The notes below the pieces were generated by a model. The model was not told where the DNA came from and did no database searches. It saw only the letters and a list, made by a program, of their open reading frames with translations. The position numbers and the translations under genes were made by a program. Positions 1-14,300 of a DNA stretch of 64,000 nt are shown here, in pieces (within the stretch, counting starts at the first letter, position 1; each line of letters opens with the position of its first letter). Origin of the DNA: Girardia tigrina (Eukaryota). Where the stretch lies: positions 14,024-78,023 of the forward strand of contig MQRK01182251.1 in NCBI GenBank assembly GCA_001938485.1, given 5' to 3'.

Positions 1-283
1 GTATCATTAGTAATGGAGCATATTTTGAATAAAGCTTTTTTTATCGTTCTTTTGTTTTTAACGTATTTCTTTTCAAAATTTAATCCGCATTTCATACTTG
101 TACACCTAATAAAATAAATAAAATAGTATCGCAAAATAAGTAAATAAGTATAACAAAAATAAGGTAATATAAATAAAATAAGTGATGTAAAAAGTGTTAG
201 ACATTACAGTAATATAAAGGACTTAAAATTTATTTTCTAGTACTGGTTTCTAATTAGTGTTACTAATTTATAATTTCAGAAGG

Positions 284-1270
284 ATGAATATGAAAGTTCT
301 TTATGATCAGCTCTATAATGGATTTATGACAACATATCCACAAAAATCAAAGCAAGAAAAACAGAAGATGTGCAATGATTATTGGAATTCAATTAAGACT
401 AATGATAATTTCATTCAATTACCGTATTTTCACGCATAAAACCCGCATAATTTTTTCATCGACTGGGACATTTGGAGTATGTAAAAACACATTTTATCCG
501 CTGTTTATCATCCTGAAATGTTAGTTGTTATCATGTAAATTATTTTTAGGATACACTGCCTATTTTTATACCCTGCGAGTAGCGTAGGACGTAGATAAAA
601 TCACACATGACGTGCGGGTTATATGCGCGAAAATACGGTATTTGATGAAAAATTGAACGAGTTGAAAGATGTTAAAAAGCAAAGCAAAGAATCATTAAAA
701 AAATTTTTTAAGTTGCAGTCAAAAGCTTCAACTTCAAAGAGCGCACCATCAACCTCTTTTATCACAATTATTGACTACTCAAAATACAATTGCTTCAATC
801 TATTCAGCTTCTAGTTCTGCAACATCAGTTGAAAGCATGATGAAATGTCCAAAGCAGGTCGAAATCAACAATAAAATAAAAATCGTCTACAATGATATAA
901 CTGGTTTGTATTTACGTGATAAAGCAAACATGTTAACTTTGGATGAAAGAGAAAAACTTAAAGCTTTAGAAAAAGAAAAGGCTTCCCTAAAAAAACAGAT
1001 AAAAGATCTTCAAACAACCAAAAAAGACAAAAAAGATTTCCGACTTCAAAGAAAACCCGGAATTAGCATCCCAATTGAAAATTCATCCCAAGAAAGGCAA
1101 GCCTCCCATTTCGGAGGAATATCCAGAATTGTTGTCAACCATAATACAAATTGCAACGCATGGAGCTGCAGCAGATGAAAAAAGAAGCTGTGAGAATTTA
1201 CGTACCATGAAAACGTTGAATGATATGACAAAAGCTTTATAAAATGAAGGTTTTGATATAGAAAGATGTG
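284..1270 (+). mobile_element. Degraded DNA-transposon transposase N-terminus (Zator-like, tentative)
   Basis: Frameshifted ORFs LYDQLYNGFMTTYPQKSKQ..., IATHGAAADEKRS...KTL..EGFDI resemble a widespread invertebrate transposase N-terminus; 13-bp inverted match 19-31 vs 1547-1559. Confidence 0.45.
422..638. mobile_element. pogo/Tigger-type MITE
   Basis: TIRs CCGTATTTTCACGCATAAAACCCGCA / TGCGGGTTATATGCGCGAAAATACGG, TA TSD; removing it restores the host ORF (FIQL-FDEKL). Confidence 0.88.
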
Positions 1271-1700
1271 ATTTTATGTTTTGTGATTCAATATTGTGAA
1301 ATACTGAAATTGAATAGTAACGGCTTTCGGGCGTAATTTAAATTTTGATTGCGTGTTTTGAATTTTATGATTTCAGTTTATCGTGAATATTTGATAATTG
1401 TCGATTGATAAAGTGTTTTGCTTATTAAAGAGACGATGACTTGACGATTTTATTTTGTTGAAAATAAAGTTTTGAATCTTTGAAACATTCTTCTTGGAGT
1501 TAATCAACTTCAATTATAAGCCGAATAAATATGAAAAATCTAAAACTATTCAAAATATGGGCCTAATACCATGACCACTACGGCAAGTCTTTCTTTCTGG
1601 GGTAACTCAGAGAATGCGAAAACACTGATTTTTAGTGAAAAGACTAGCCAAATAGGGTATTTATCTATAAAAGTTAATACAATCTTAATATGATCTAAAT

Positions 1701-1874
1701 CATAGGTTCCCAAAGTGGTCTATATCGACCCCTGGGAGTCGATATAGACCCATAAAAGGTCTACGTGAGCGAAAAAAATATTGGGGATTTGTTGCTTTTC
1801 TTAGCAGGGGTTCTACCCAAAACCGAAAATCATGGCAAGACGTCTGCAAGTGAAAAAAAGTTTGGGAACCTTTG
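1701..1874. mobile_element. hAT (Charlie-like) MITE
   Basis: TIRs CATAGGTTCCCAAA / TTTGGGAACCTTTG, exact 8-bp TSD ATCTAAAT (1693-1700, 1875-1882). Confidence 0.9.
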
Positions 1875-1936
1875 ATCTAAATAAATAATTTCAAAAATCA
1901 CATATGGTTATAAAATCATGAAACTACAATCCTCAC

Positions 1937-2119
1937 TTCATTAATAACAATGCGATGAGCGCCTTCTGCCAATCTAATGTCTTTGGATTTACAGATAAAT
2001 TTGTCACATTTCATACAATGAAAATCCCAAACCGAATCTCCAAATTGTCTATTTATCGATAGCCTAGAAATTTTTGCACAATTTTCATTTAATTCTCTTT
2101 CTTGTTGGGCTTCCTTGAT
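1937..2119 (-). CDS. RLR exon 25: end of pincer and first half of Zn-binding C-terminal regulatory domain
   Basis: IKEAQQERELNE...WDFHCMKCDKFICKSKDIRLAEGAHRIVINE resembles the RLR CTD pattern CxxC...D(I/V)R.IE..H; AG acceptor 2121-2120, GTGAG donor 1936. Confidence 0.88.
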
Positions 2120-5100
2120 CTATTTAATAAAATATAGATGTTTCAGATTCAATTACGAGATTTATAACCTGATATTTTACATCGTCTTCACTCATTTCTT
2201 GGAATTTTACTATTGCACGATACATCATTGATTCCCGGTACTTATTAATATTTTCTTTGTTGACTTGCCATTGTAGCTTAGATGGAACTATCACAATGTA
2301 TTTCGAATTTGCAGCTCTCGCTCTTCCTATAGACTATGTTTATCATTCAATGACTCAAATGTATTAACCTCGTGATTGTACCATAGCTGTTTCATTAGTA
2401 ACATGACCATATCTGATTACAAGATTACATGTCTGTATATCTAACCCTTCTTCAGCAACTGTTGTGGCAAATAAAACATTCAATTCTCCTTTTCGAAATC
2501 TTCCTAAAACTTCTTCCATTTCATTTTGCGTTAGCCCTCCTTGTTCTGCAGCTATAGTGTTGCCGACAAGAGCCTCACATCTTATCAAATCTGACTTGTC
2601 AGAAAATATGTTCTTCAAGATTTTAGTATAATTCCTTTCACGAACAAATACAATAATGCGCGATTGGAGATCTTTTCTGAGTTGCTCTTCAATATTATCA
2701 ATCAAGCATTTCAAACTGGGATTTTCCGGTTGAATTTTCTCAGCACTTTTTTCAAGTTCTTAAAATAAATTTTATTAAATAATTTTGCAGATCAACGAAA
2801 AATATATCTCTAATGACAATCATGTTTTACTTGGTAAATATAAAATAGGATAAATAATTACATATTTATGTACGCACGATATTTACTTAAATTTAACGTT
2901 AAAATGAAAAGTCATAATAAATGTACATAATTATTAAGCAAAACATTTACAAAAAACGAACAACTATAGCACCCTGAATACTGGCTAAACATCGCCCATT
3001 CAACAGTTATTAAAAAATTTTCGACAAAGTCTAAATTTTGAGTGTTGACAAAAACAGTCGTCTGAATTTTTAAAATACTTAAAAATCTGCTAATAGTTCC
3101 TCGAAATCGGCGTGACTATGTTTTACATTATCAGGATAGAGATCAATAATGTCCTCTACCACCTCTACATAATTTTCGCTATCTTCGGAGATAGCGCCAT
3201 CTTCAGTCCTACATTATAGTATATTTTCTAAATACTCATCTAACTCTGAGTCTTCATAGTAAATGTATATACGGCAGCATTAGTGATGTATTTTTAGTGT
3301 ATGTGCAACTTCTCTGGTGGCATATCTCAAATATCACGCAATCACAAATTTGCATTTTATTTTTTGTCAAGAACGTCTTGAATTCTACTAGAATACATAC
3401 GGTAGCTTTATTAAAAATACAGTATGATTCAAAAGTCTGTTCACCCCCCTTATTTTTTGAGAAAAGATCAAATTTGTAACAAAACATTTATTACGTGATA
3501 CTTTCAATACTTAGTTGAATGTACTTTATCATTTTTAATAGCCTAGGCATGGATTCAACAAGACTTTTACAATAGTCTTTTAATAGTTCATACCATATTT
3601 TTTGAACAGCCACCCACAGCTGTTCTGACGATATTCCCCTTTATCGTATGTAATTTCCTTTTTAAAAGTCCCCATACATTTTCGATAGGATTTGCGTCTG
3701 GTGAATTGCCTGGCCATGGTAAAAAGTCGACTTCTTTCTTTTTTTTAGGAAATTAAATGTCGACAGTGCACGGTGTTGTGGTGCAAGATCTTGCTGAAAA
3801 ATGAATTGTTGTTTTCGAAATACCAAGCACTTTCCAATAATATCAATGTCATGTATTATAGTTTCCTGGTACATTTGAGCATTCATTGAACCTTCTACTT
3901 TTCTAAGAAGACCTACCCCGTTTGCCGAAAAGCAGAGCCAGACACGAACTTTGGCTCCGTGGCTCATGGTTTCATGGATGTTTCCGAGTTTGAGCCTTTC
4001 ATTTCTAGTTCGTTTGATTCAACGTCTACCACGATGATTATAACAGTAGAAAATGCATTCATCGCTAAATATAACAGAATACCAAGTTTCTTTATCCCAA
4101 TTTTATTATAATGAAACCCACTGCATTCTTCTTTGTCTCTGTTTAGCGGTAACGAAAGGTTTATTTACAGCTTGGAATGCCCGTATTCCATATTTCTGTA
4201 AAATCCTTTCGACTGTCGACTTACTTATGGCTATTGAGTAAGAAGAATTAAATATCCTTGTAATATTTAACGTGGAAATATCATTGTTTAAACGACTTAG
4301 GCGTTTAATCACTCTTTCTAATCTGGCGCTTAGTTTATGAGGTCTGGCTCCACGTGACTGATCTTTCACTTCTCCTGTTTTTAAAATACTTCGCCCATAT
4401 TTTTAGCATTTGTTTTGAAATATTTCTATTATATCTTGTAAATAGTTCGACCTTTATTTGATTTCATGTACTTCCTGCATTTTTAAGCGCAACAATCATT
4501 CCACGCTCAAATTCACTAAATACTCTTGACATTTAATTTATCTAAAATTTAAAAAAATAAGTCATTAATGAAAATTTCAATATTTAACATATAAATTCAA
4601 ATGTGTAGTGTCGGGGTTCTTTTTGGTGATCTTTAAATTTTTGATATTTTTAAATTTTCGATATTTTTAAAAAATCATATTTATATTTTAAATAAATCAA
4701 AAATAATATTAAAAATTTTATTAATNNNNNNNNNNNNNNNNNNNNNNNNNNNNNNNNNNNNNNNNNNNNNNNNNNAATAAATATTTAAAACCAAAATTTT
4801 TTAAACAGTTATAAAAAAATATCTTAATTAATTTTAAAAAGTTAATTCCATAAATAATTAATAAAATATAGATATATAAATATTTTAAAATTTTTTAATT
4901 AAAATCTCTATTAAATGATAATAAATTTAAATAGTGATTAATATTTTTGTATTTTAAAAATCGTGATTTATATTCAAAAATAAAATAATATTTGCTGTAT
5001 TTAAATTTGTGAATTGTATCTTAAAGTTGTAAATTGTTTTTGCAAATTTTTGTTAAAAAGATATAAAATGTTTTATTAAAGAGAAATAATTTATAGTTTA

Positions 5101-8100
5101 AATTATTAATAATCACTATGTTTAAATTGAATTTTCAAAATATTTTTGAAGATCTAAATTTATAAAAAATTGAATAAAATAACATATTTATTTATCGATA
5201 TTATTATGTATATTTAGAATTTTTAGATCTGGATTATGAAATAGAAATAGTTCCTCATAAATTTGTTTAACTTCATTTTAGCAAAGTTAATATAATCAAA
5301 ATATGAGGGGGTGAACAGACTTATGAATCATACTGTAGTAACATGATTTTCTAAATTTAGAAAATACAAAATATTTTTGATTTTTACAATAATATTCTTA
5401 CTATTCTCAATTGATGTACTTCCATTCTCCGAAAATTAAATATGTTTCAATTAAAGTTTTGCCTCTATGTTCCAATTCATAATCTGAGAGTTAAATTCTC
5501 TTTTATTTTATTACTTAGATATTCATATCTAATAACTTTGTTGAAGACAGTAATTTTTTTCGAGGATGAGCTAATATTTGGGTGGCCGGATAGTTGCCCA
5601 CACGAACATTTTCCCACAGTTGATTTTTATACCGAATTTGTATAATTTCCGAATTCACGAAATTGGAAAAAATATTTTTATAGAATATTTTAAAAAAGAT
5701 TAAATTGAAAGTAAAAAAATTATTAGTTAATGTGAAAAATTCTAAATTTAATAATTTAAAAATATTAAACAAAATTTTTACGAGATCAGGACTTTTTGGT
5801 AACACCTTTTTTTCTTCAGACTTTTTAGTGACGATATTTGTGGAAATTTAAGTAATAAAAAATTTAAGTTTCTATTATTTATTTTTTTTAACTTAATTCT
5901 AATAAATAAAAATTTTATAATTTAAAATGGCTATAAATAATTTAAAAATAATTTCAAGTATAAGTACAGGACATGTCGACGCCAGAAATTAATTTTTTTA
6001 TTAAATTTTTAAAAACTTTTAAAAATTAGTAATATTAGAAATAATTTATTATAAATCAAGATTTTAGGGAATTAAGTTACATAAATTTTTATAAATTAGG
6101 ATTTTTTAGGGAAATAAACTAAATAATTGGTTATGAATTAGGAATTTTGGGAATAAAATGAAATAAATTTTAATAAATTAGGATTAATAGACATAAAATG
6201 AAATATTTTTTTTATATTTGAATGATGAAAACTTTTCAACTTTCTTCTTGAGTAGCAAATATTTTACTTTCAAAATTCTGTTCTAGAAAATATGGTTTTA
6301 TAAATTATTTTTGAAATTTTAGATGAGAAATTCTTGTTTTTTTGAAAATTTGGTTTTAGAAGTGCTTTATGAGCAACAAGAAATTAATTTCTCTTCACTT
6401 TCTCAAAATTTCACGCGGCTGTCTGTTTTAAATGGCTGTAAAACAAATTAAAAAACCCAACTTGCTAAAAATAGAAAAATTGTCTATTGATAGAATGTAG
6501 ATGATGTGAACAGTAATGTCGTTCTAGTTACAACGTGGAAATTATTGAGCCCCTCGTATAAATAAAAATTTTGAATAAAAATATTATTGGTTTATTTTAA
6601 TAAATAATAAAAATTGATATATTTTAATAAAATTTCAATTCATTTTATTCCCAAAAATCATAATTTATATATACTAGAAATAAAATAATCCGTAAATAAT
6701 TAAAACATAAAATCAATATCAATATTTACAACATATTATAATTTATATTTTTATAAATCGAATTTATTTTATAGATAACGGCAACGTTGGATGATAACGA
6801 AATGGCCGGGATCGGAGCTCACATAGTGACCATGACCTAGGAACTCCGGTCAATCTCCGGCCGGAGCCGGATTCCGACTATATTTTACCATCCGGCTCCA
6901 GTCAAAATCGGCCGGTTTTAGCCGGAGATTTATTTATTTATTAAAACCTTTATTTCATTTTAAAATATTTCTATAAATGTTTATTATGTGAATTTCTCGA
7001 AGAGAGACATATTCGCTTTCATTAAAATAAAACGCTCTGTACGTTCTTGCAGAAGACGGGTACGATGATCAGTGAGTACTAAAAGTACTAGCAGTACTCA
7101 ATAATCGTTCAGAGGGAACACTGGTTGGAGGTGAAGGAATAAATCATCTGGCAAAGCTTGACAGAAATGTAAACCTTGTCTGGTTGATCTTACACTAGTG
7201 CAATGGATTGTTATTACGAGTTCCTCATCGAACCCAGAACTGTTTTTAGTTTTGGATACCATAAATTCATTCATGATTTCCCATGGATTGCCACAAACTC
7301 TTTGTTGTTTCCAAGTTGGTGAAGATAAGACTATTGTTGAAACTTCATTGTGTGCTCCGTCACCGTATATCTAACAATACATCTTGAATAATCAATTGTA
7401 GAGTGTGGGCGAGGGAAGAAACGCATGGAAACTGAAGATTTTCAATGGCTTTAACAATATTGTGACTTTTATCATGAACGAAATTGTAGACTCTATCCAA
7501 CAAATTCCATCTGATTAGCATACCATTAAAGTTATTTCCCATTTCATTAGCAGTACATGCTTTATCATAAGATTGACAATGTAAAAATTGAGACGGTATA
7601 CAGTGGGCAGTAAGGCTTATATATGTTTGTGTTGAATACTGAGCAGTCCACATATCCAATGTGAAAGAAGCTTAGTCTACTTCTCTGAGACATTCCGAAA
7701 TATTTGCTTTCATTTCTTTGTAAAGAGCTTTGATTTCATTTTATAAGAAATACCTTCGAGAGGGAGGCTGGTATTGAGGAGCTGCAACTCATAATACAAG
7801 TCTAAAATCTGGATTTTTCACAACTGGAAAAAAGCTGAGATCCATGGTAAAATATACTGAAATAAGTTTTATAGTCCATAATTAGAAGAGTAGAAAATAT
7901 TCTAGAATAATCTTATGCAATTTCTAGCAAATGAATGTGCAAAAGAATATTATAGAACTCTATTAATAGTAAATTCACTCGTCCAGCCACATAAGTTCAA
8001 TGCATGTAATTCACAATCCTCCTTACATTCCGACACATACACGTAATATTCAATACATGAATGTCTTATTTCAATCTTTCTCGTGTGAGTGTGTGTGTAG

Positions 8101-11100
8101 AAAAAGAAATGTGGTTGATATTGGATTGAAAATTCAAGCTATCAATCGCTTATATGGATGAAACTGAAGACATACACATTGGCGATTGGTCGTAATGATC
8201 GATTTCTGCAGTATTTAAATCCTAACAGTAATTTTAGGCTCATTTATTCAAGATAATTTCATCTTCAATAATAATTGAAGATGCATTCATATAACATGAA
8301 ATCATTTATTCATAAAAATTCTTTGAACTAGGATATCAGTTGGCAGAGGATGAGATAATCTGATTGAAAATAAAGGACTTCAAAACAAAATAATTTAAAA
8401 AAATCCTCATAGAAAATATCAATATATTGCTTTAAAGTCTCTCTCCGGCTCCGACTCCGGCCGTAGACCAATTTTGCCTCTGCTGCATCCCTAGTTATAA
8501 CACGTACTCAGTCGAGTAATTTATTGTTGGTGGCGCTATCGTAGAAATCTCAATAACTAATAAGCTTCAATCTCAGAAAATTCGATGGAAGAGACTGTCA
8601 AGAGGCGGAAAGATGACTGAAAGATACTGAAGAATATTAAATATTGTAACTGGTTGTTTAGTGACTTATTAACTCACTTAAAGGTACATTTCAAAGTTTG
8701 GAAATTATTGTTCGAATCTCTGATAACAGTTAACTTTTGGATCATCCTCTTCTTCAAATTAAAAAGAAAATGGATTATGTTCGTCGAAAATTTGAATTTT
8801 CAATGCGAAAACATAGATCGGGAAATTTTTATATTATGTCAAAATCATCATTCAGGCATTTTTCAAAAGAGTACTTAATTCCATTTTTAGGAACCAAAGC
8901 AGTTATTTTGGACGATTGGGTCGACTTTGATGATCAAAAGATATGTAAAATATTGCAAAATGATAAGAAACATATGTACAGAACACTTTCCACAGAATAT
9001 TATTATTATCCGTTTCATATTAGTTTCCAAAGTTTGGGTTTATATTTTCATCAAGCAAAATGCAAAAAAACAATTATTTGTGTATTTTTCTCATTGCAAT
9101 CAATTCCTCTGCTTCGAACATTGCTTTAATGGCTTAAATTCCCATTCTTATTAACTATTTAAATATGATACTGTTAATAACTGCATTAGAAGCATTAAAT
9201 CCAAACTGGTTAAAAAACTTATTTCACCGGATACAGTGCAGAGATATGATAAATGAAGTTGAAGTAAGAATTCAGCGAGATATTCTGTGCAAATTGCACA
9301 GCTCTATCACCAAGTCGCTAAAACCTCACAACCAAATCTTTCATTAAAGAAAATATTTGAGAAATTTAAAATAAAAGTGATATAATTTTTACTTTTGACA
9401 TTTCTTTTGAGAATCCGCTCGACTTCACAATTGATTGGATTGTCGTTCTTTAAATCTAAAGAATCTGTTATCAGTTTCACAGCATCAACCGCTCGAAACA
9501 AATGGTTGACCATAAGGGCGCGAACAAATGCCTGATTTATTCATTTATCACATCTTTCATTTGAACATTTAAAATTAAAATTGAAAGGCTTAGAATTAAA
9601 ATATTATAAAATGGTTATAAATAATTTATAGCCAACTCTAATGACCATATATTCAATGGTACTGAAAAATTTTAAACTATAGTAATCTCATAATTTAGGT
9701 ACAGCAATAGATTGCGGTGAAACCACTGTCAATACAGAGATAGCATCCCTCGAGGACGTTCGTTAAAACTATTGTTCACACAAAAGAGTTATATGAAGAC
9801 ATTATCAGTGTCGCACAACGTTAACAATGCATTAGGCTTCATGCTTAATATGATGTGAAGGGTGCATCTCACACCTCAGATTAGTGAGTATTTGAAACCG
9901 AATCAATCGAATATTGGTTTTATGAAGAACACCAATTTGACTTTTCATATTTTTATTTACACAACAATTTTGATTGTCCTTAAGACAATCTTTGTCAAAG
10001 CTTTCGTACGATTGCATTCTAAAATAAATTGATTAATTATTTAATTCTTATTATTTTTAGCAAACGGAGACATAAATAATTTATTAAAATATTTACTCAA
10101 AACTTATTGGATAGAAATTAAAATGATTATTAATTATTTAAAAAATATTAATTTGATTTATTAAAAATTGTAAAAATTAATAAACTTATTTAAAATTTTA
10201 CCATTATTTTAATTTAAAAATAAATTTAAATATTGAATATTTTTAGATAATAAGAAATCAAATATTAATCATCAATCTGGGTAGGAGAGATATATAAATC
10301 AACATGCAACAATCAAACACAAAACATCAAACATTCAAAATATTCCTCAGGTTTTATCATAACTTTAACCAAAAAATGTATATTTTGTATGCTTCATTAT
10401 AACAAATATTATAAATATGTAACGAACGTTAATACATGAAATATGCATTCTTCGAAAAGTAGGAGAAACGAAGGATTAATAAAAATCGCAGCTATTTATG
10501 GACTAAATTAATGAATAAAGCTCAATGATAATTCTAACGTTACTAATTTGAAATCCTGACATAACAAACTTCATTACCGATTATATCTTCACCATCTCTC
10601 CAATTAGAAAATGTTTTCTAAAACTGATTGGAATGTAAGAAAGAATATACGGAACTAGCACAGAAGTATTAGAATACATTGTATGAAATGTTCAAGAAAT
10701 GCTCGTGGAATTACGTCAGGCACATCGGAATAATTGATATTAAATATTCAGAGACGATTTCTGCAATTACACAAGAGATATTAAAAGAATTGATATTCGG
10801 TGAAGAAGACATATTTCTTTCGCCTTCATTATTCAATGTATCTTAAAAATTTATTATTATTACACTGGGTAAGAAAAATATTTTTTGAAAATTGAGAAGT
10901 AATGAGTGAATGGATTACCCAGATGCTTGATTGGTCAAATGTTGTATTCATAAATGAAAAGCGGTTCATTCTAGACAGACTAGATTATTAGTAAAACTAG
11001 TAAATAACCCGTCATGTATGACGGATATAATTATATAGAGTTAAAATTTCAAATAAATTTTCAAAAGACATTTTTTTTAAAATTCATTTGTTTTCCACAT

Positions 11101-11344
11101 TTAATCATTANNNNNNNNNNNNNNNNNNNNNNNNNNNNNNNNNNNNNNNNNNNNNNNNNNNNNNNNNNNNNNNNNNNNNNNNNNNNNNNNNNNNNNNNNN
11201 NNNNNNNNNNNNNNNNNNNNNNNNNNNNNNNNNNNNNNNNNNNNNNNNNNNNNNNNNNNNNNNNNNNNNNNNNNNNNNNNNNNNNNNNNNNNNNNNNNNN
11301 NNNNNNNNNNNNNNNNNNNNNNNNNNNNNNNNNNNNNNNNNNNN

Positions 11345-11389
<45 letters not shown>

Positions 11390-14300
11390 CTGTTTTTAAA
11401 TGTACACATATGCAAAAGAAGGGTTCTCTGATATTAATCATTGTCAACAGTGCAGATGTGAAGGTATAATGATATGTGGAATAATTTCATCAAATTTACT
11501 TTTTACATCAGAAATATTCGAGGAAATTTTAAATTATGTAATTATTTTGAGATGTTTAAGGAGCACGTTGTGCGGTATATGAAATTAAAATTAAATAATT
11601 AATACCTCTATGTTCAAGATAATTGTACAGTACATACAAATCCAGCTGTAAAACATTTCATACGAGAAATGGGTATAGCCCTTGTCAATTGACCTCCTGA
11701 CCTCAATATTATCGAACACGTATGGAAAATGATGTTTGATTTGGTTTATTGCAATAGGCAACCAAATAATTTAAAAGAATTGGAAATTAGAATATTTCAA
11801 GCCGCTACGACAATAAACTGTGAAATGAGAGATGTTATTTTTAACAACATGAATATGAATTTTCAAACATTTATTAATATCACAAGCGCCTTCACTATTT
11901 GACATTTTTCTTGATCAATATATTTGTGAATTCATACTAATTAATTTCAATAAATGTAAATCTTTTTAAAAAAATTATTAATTATAAAGATTCTAATTGG
12001 TTAAAATTAAATTTAAACATTTTTTAAAAGGTACATATTAAATCAATATATTAAAATTTTAAATTACATTAAAAATTAAATGACATTAATAAAATTATTT
12101 TAAATCTTTTTACTTTAAAATTAAATTAAATTATTTTTAATTAGTAGGAATCAAAGAAAATACCAATCATCCATCTGCGTAGCAGAGACACAATCCGAAA
12201 CAACATATAACAACACAATTCAAAAAATTCCTCACAGTTATTAAAACATTTTATGACAACTATATGAAAAGATTGATTAGTATATTGAACTCAAATGGTT
12301 GTATTTACAAAAAATAAATAGTTTTGCTATATTTACATTTTTATTAAAATTTAGTTCCCAGCTAGATTATGTAATAATTTGTAATTACTTTTCATAATCA
12401 GTCGATGAATTAAAATTAGTTTATTTACTTTACATGTGTTTATTAAGGTAATATCAATTATTGTCTAAGTTTTTGAATTATACTTATAGTCATAATAAAA
12501 GATAGATGAGATATTACAAAAAATATTAAAAAATAGGACATCCAGTATACAACAATAATAAATAGGAATTTTAGTTCGAGATTCCTAAACAAGTATTGTT
12601 ATTTAGAAACTTAACTTTGTACGGATCATCAAACTTGAAAAAGGTTTCTTAACAAATGATTCGAAATTTTAAGATATTTTTTGCATCTAGTCACTTTTAC
12701 TTCATCTTCTTGGTTCCTAAAAGACGTCACCTTCCTCCTCGTTAATCTTATAAGAGTGAAATATAATGGCTTCATAACATAGTGGCTTCCTTTACCGATC
12801 TTTCAAATAATTAGGAATAATAAATTTCTTAAATATTAAAAGTAGTCTGAGGTCACTGCAAATACAAGATTTATTAAATAATTCTACCACACGTAAAACT
12901 TCGATTTAAACAAATCACATTTATGTCACAAGTAGATTAAATAACAGAACACTTTTTGAGCAAATATATCACTTACATTTAGATAGTTAGTTATAGCAAA
13001 AACGGCTTTTCTGCCATCCATTTTGTCATCAGTAAGATTATACAATTCAGTCTTCAATTTACCGACAAATCCTTGATATTTTTGATGTAATCTATCTTCC
13101 GGAATGTTAAATAAAGCTTGTGTCCCTGGATCTTTAGGGAAATAATCCCTCACTGATGGATCAATTTTAAAATATCAAATAAAATTTAATAAAAAATACT
13201 GTTCATTTCCTGCAACATCTTTTCACAAAGTACCATTTGCTTCTGCAATTCAATGTCAAAATCGTCTTTCGTTCTTGGATTAGGTTTTAAAATTTCTGAA
13301 AATTATATTTGTTAATTTATAATTTTTTAAATAAATACTAATAATAATAAATACTAAAATAAATTTATATATCATTACATTAAACAACAACTTTTAGTTA
13401 AATAAATCATTATGTATACAGAAGATTGCAAAAAATATAACAGTCCAAATTAAACACTTTACCTCCTGTTCCGAATTCAGCTTTTTAAAAATTAAAAAAA
13501 TCAAAATTAAATTAAAATAAAAAAAGAAATTTTTTTTATTTATAAAGTTATTTTTGCTAAGATTTCTTTTTTGTGATCTGGAAATTTCAAGTTAGATGTT
13601 GTTTAACTATGTCGTTTCTTAGTATCAGTGAGAAAACAACATTTTTTGAAATAAAATTTTGTTCTTGTTCAAAGTTTAAATACCGTATTATCGCGCATAT
13701 AGGCAGTGGCTTATGTGAGAAAAAAATGAAAGTTAAAAAGAAACAAAAGTAGTTGTGACTTATACAAACCATATCATATTTAAAGATATTTGTCAAAAAA
13801 GTGCATTTTTTTTAAAAAAACTCATGTGCGACTTATGCGTAATTGCGACTTATCTGTGCGATAATACGATAATAAGTTTTGAAATTAAAACTATAATATT
13901 TTGAATCGATGGTCTAATAATAATAGTAAGAATAATTTACAACTGTTGTTCGGTAAAGTCGGGTCTGCCTCTGTCGTATAGGAACCGTCACAACAGAAAC
14001 AACAACACCATTCATCGTCATCACTGCCGAAATATCTCGTGTTTCATCGAATGTTTCAAACCCGACAATTTTCATCGATATATTCGGGTTTCTTAACTCA
14101 TTCTTGAATATGCCTCGTACGTTTGATCGTAGCTAAAACACTCATTTTGAAAATGGACATCGCTTTTTATCTGCAAAGATTCATTGAACGAAATAACGCG
14201 AAACATCTATTGATAATGCGGAATTATCGGCCATAAACAATGCCGTCGAACAGCAGATGCATCAACTGCCTCTCAAGAACAATTATTCCTGCAATGATAC

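Noticed and set aside
11014-11469. ORFs spanning N runs and (TA)n (also 14840-15843, 39284-39778, 45097-45418)
   Set aside because: Artefacts of translating assembly gaps and microsatellites
12140-12236. Novel ncRNA, SINE or ribozyme in the five-copy dispersed repeat
   Set aside because: TG start, TSD and a downstream PBS plus gag at 21595 are better explained by LTRs; no Pol III boxes or hammerhead core seen
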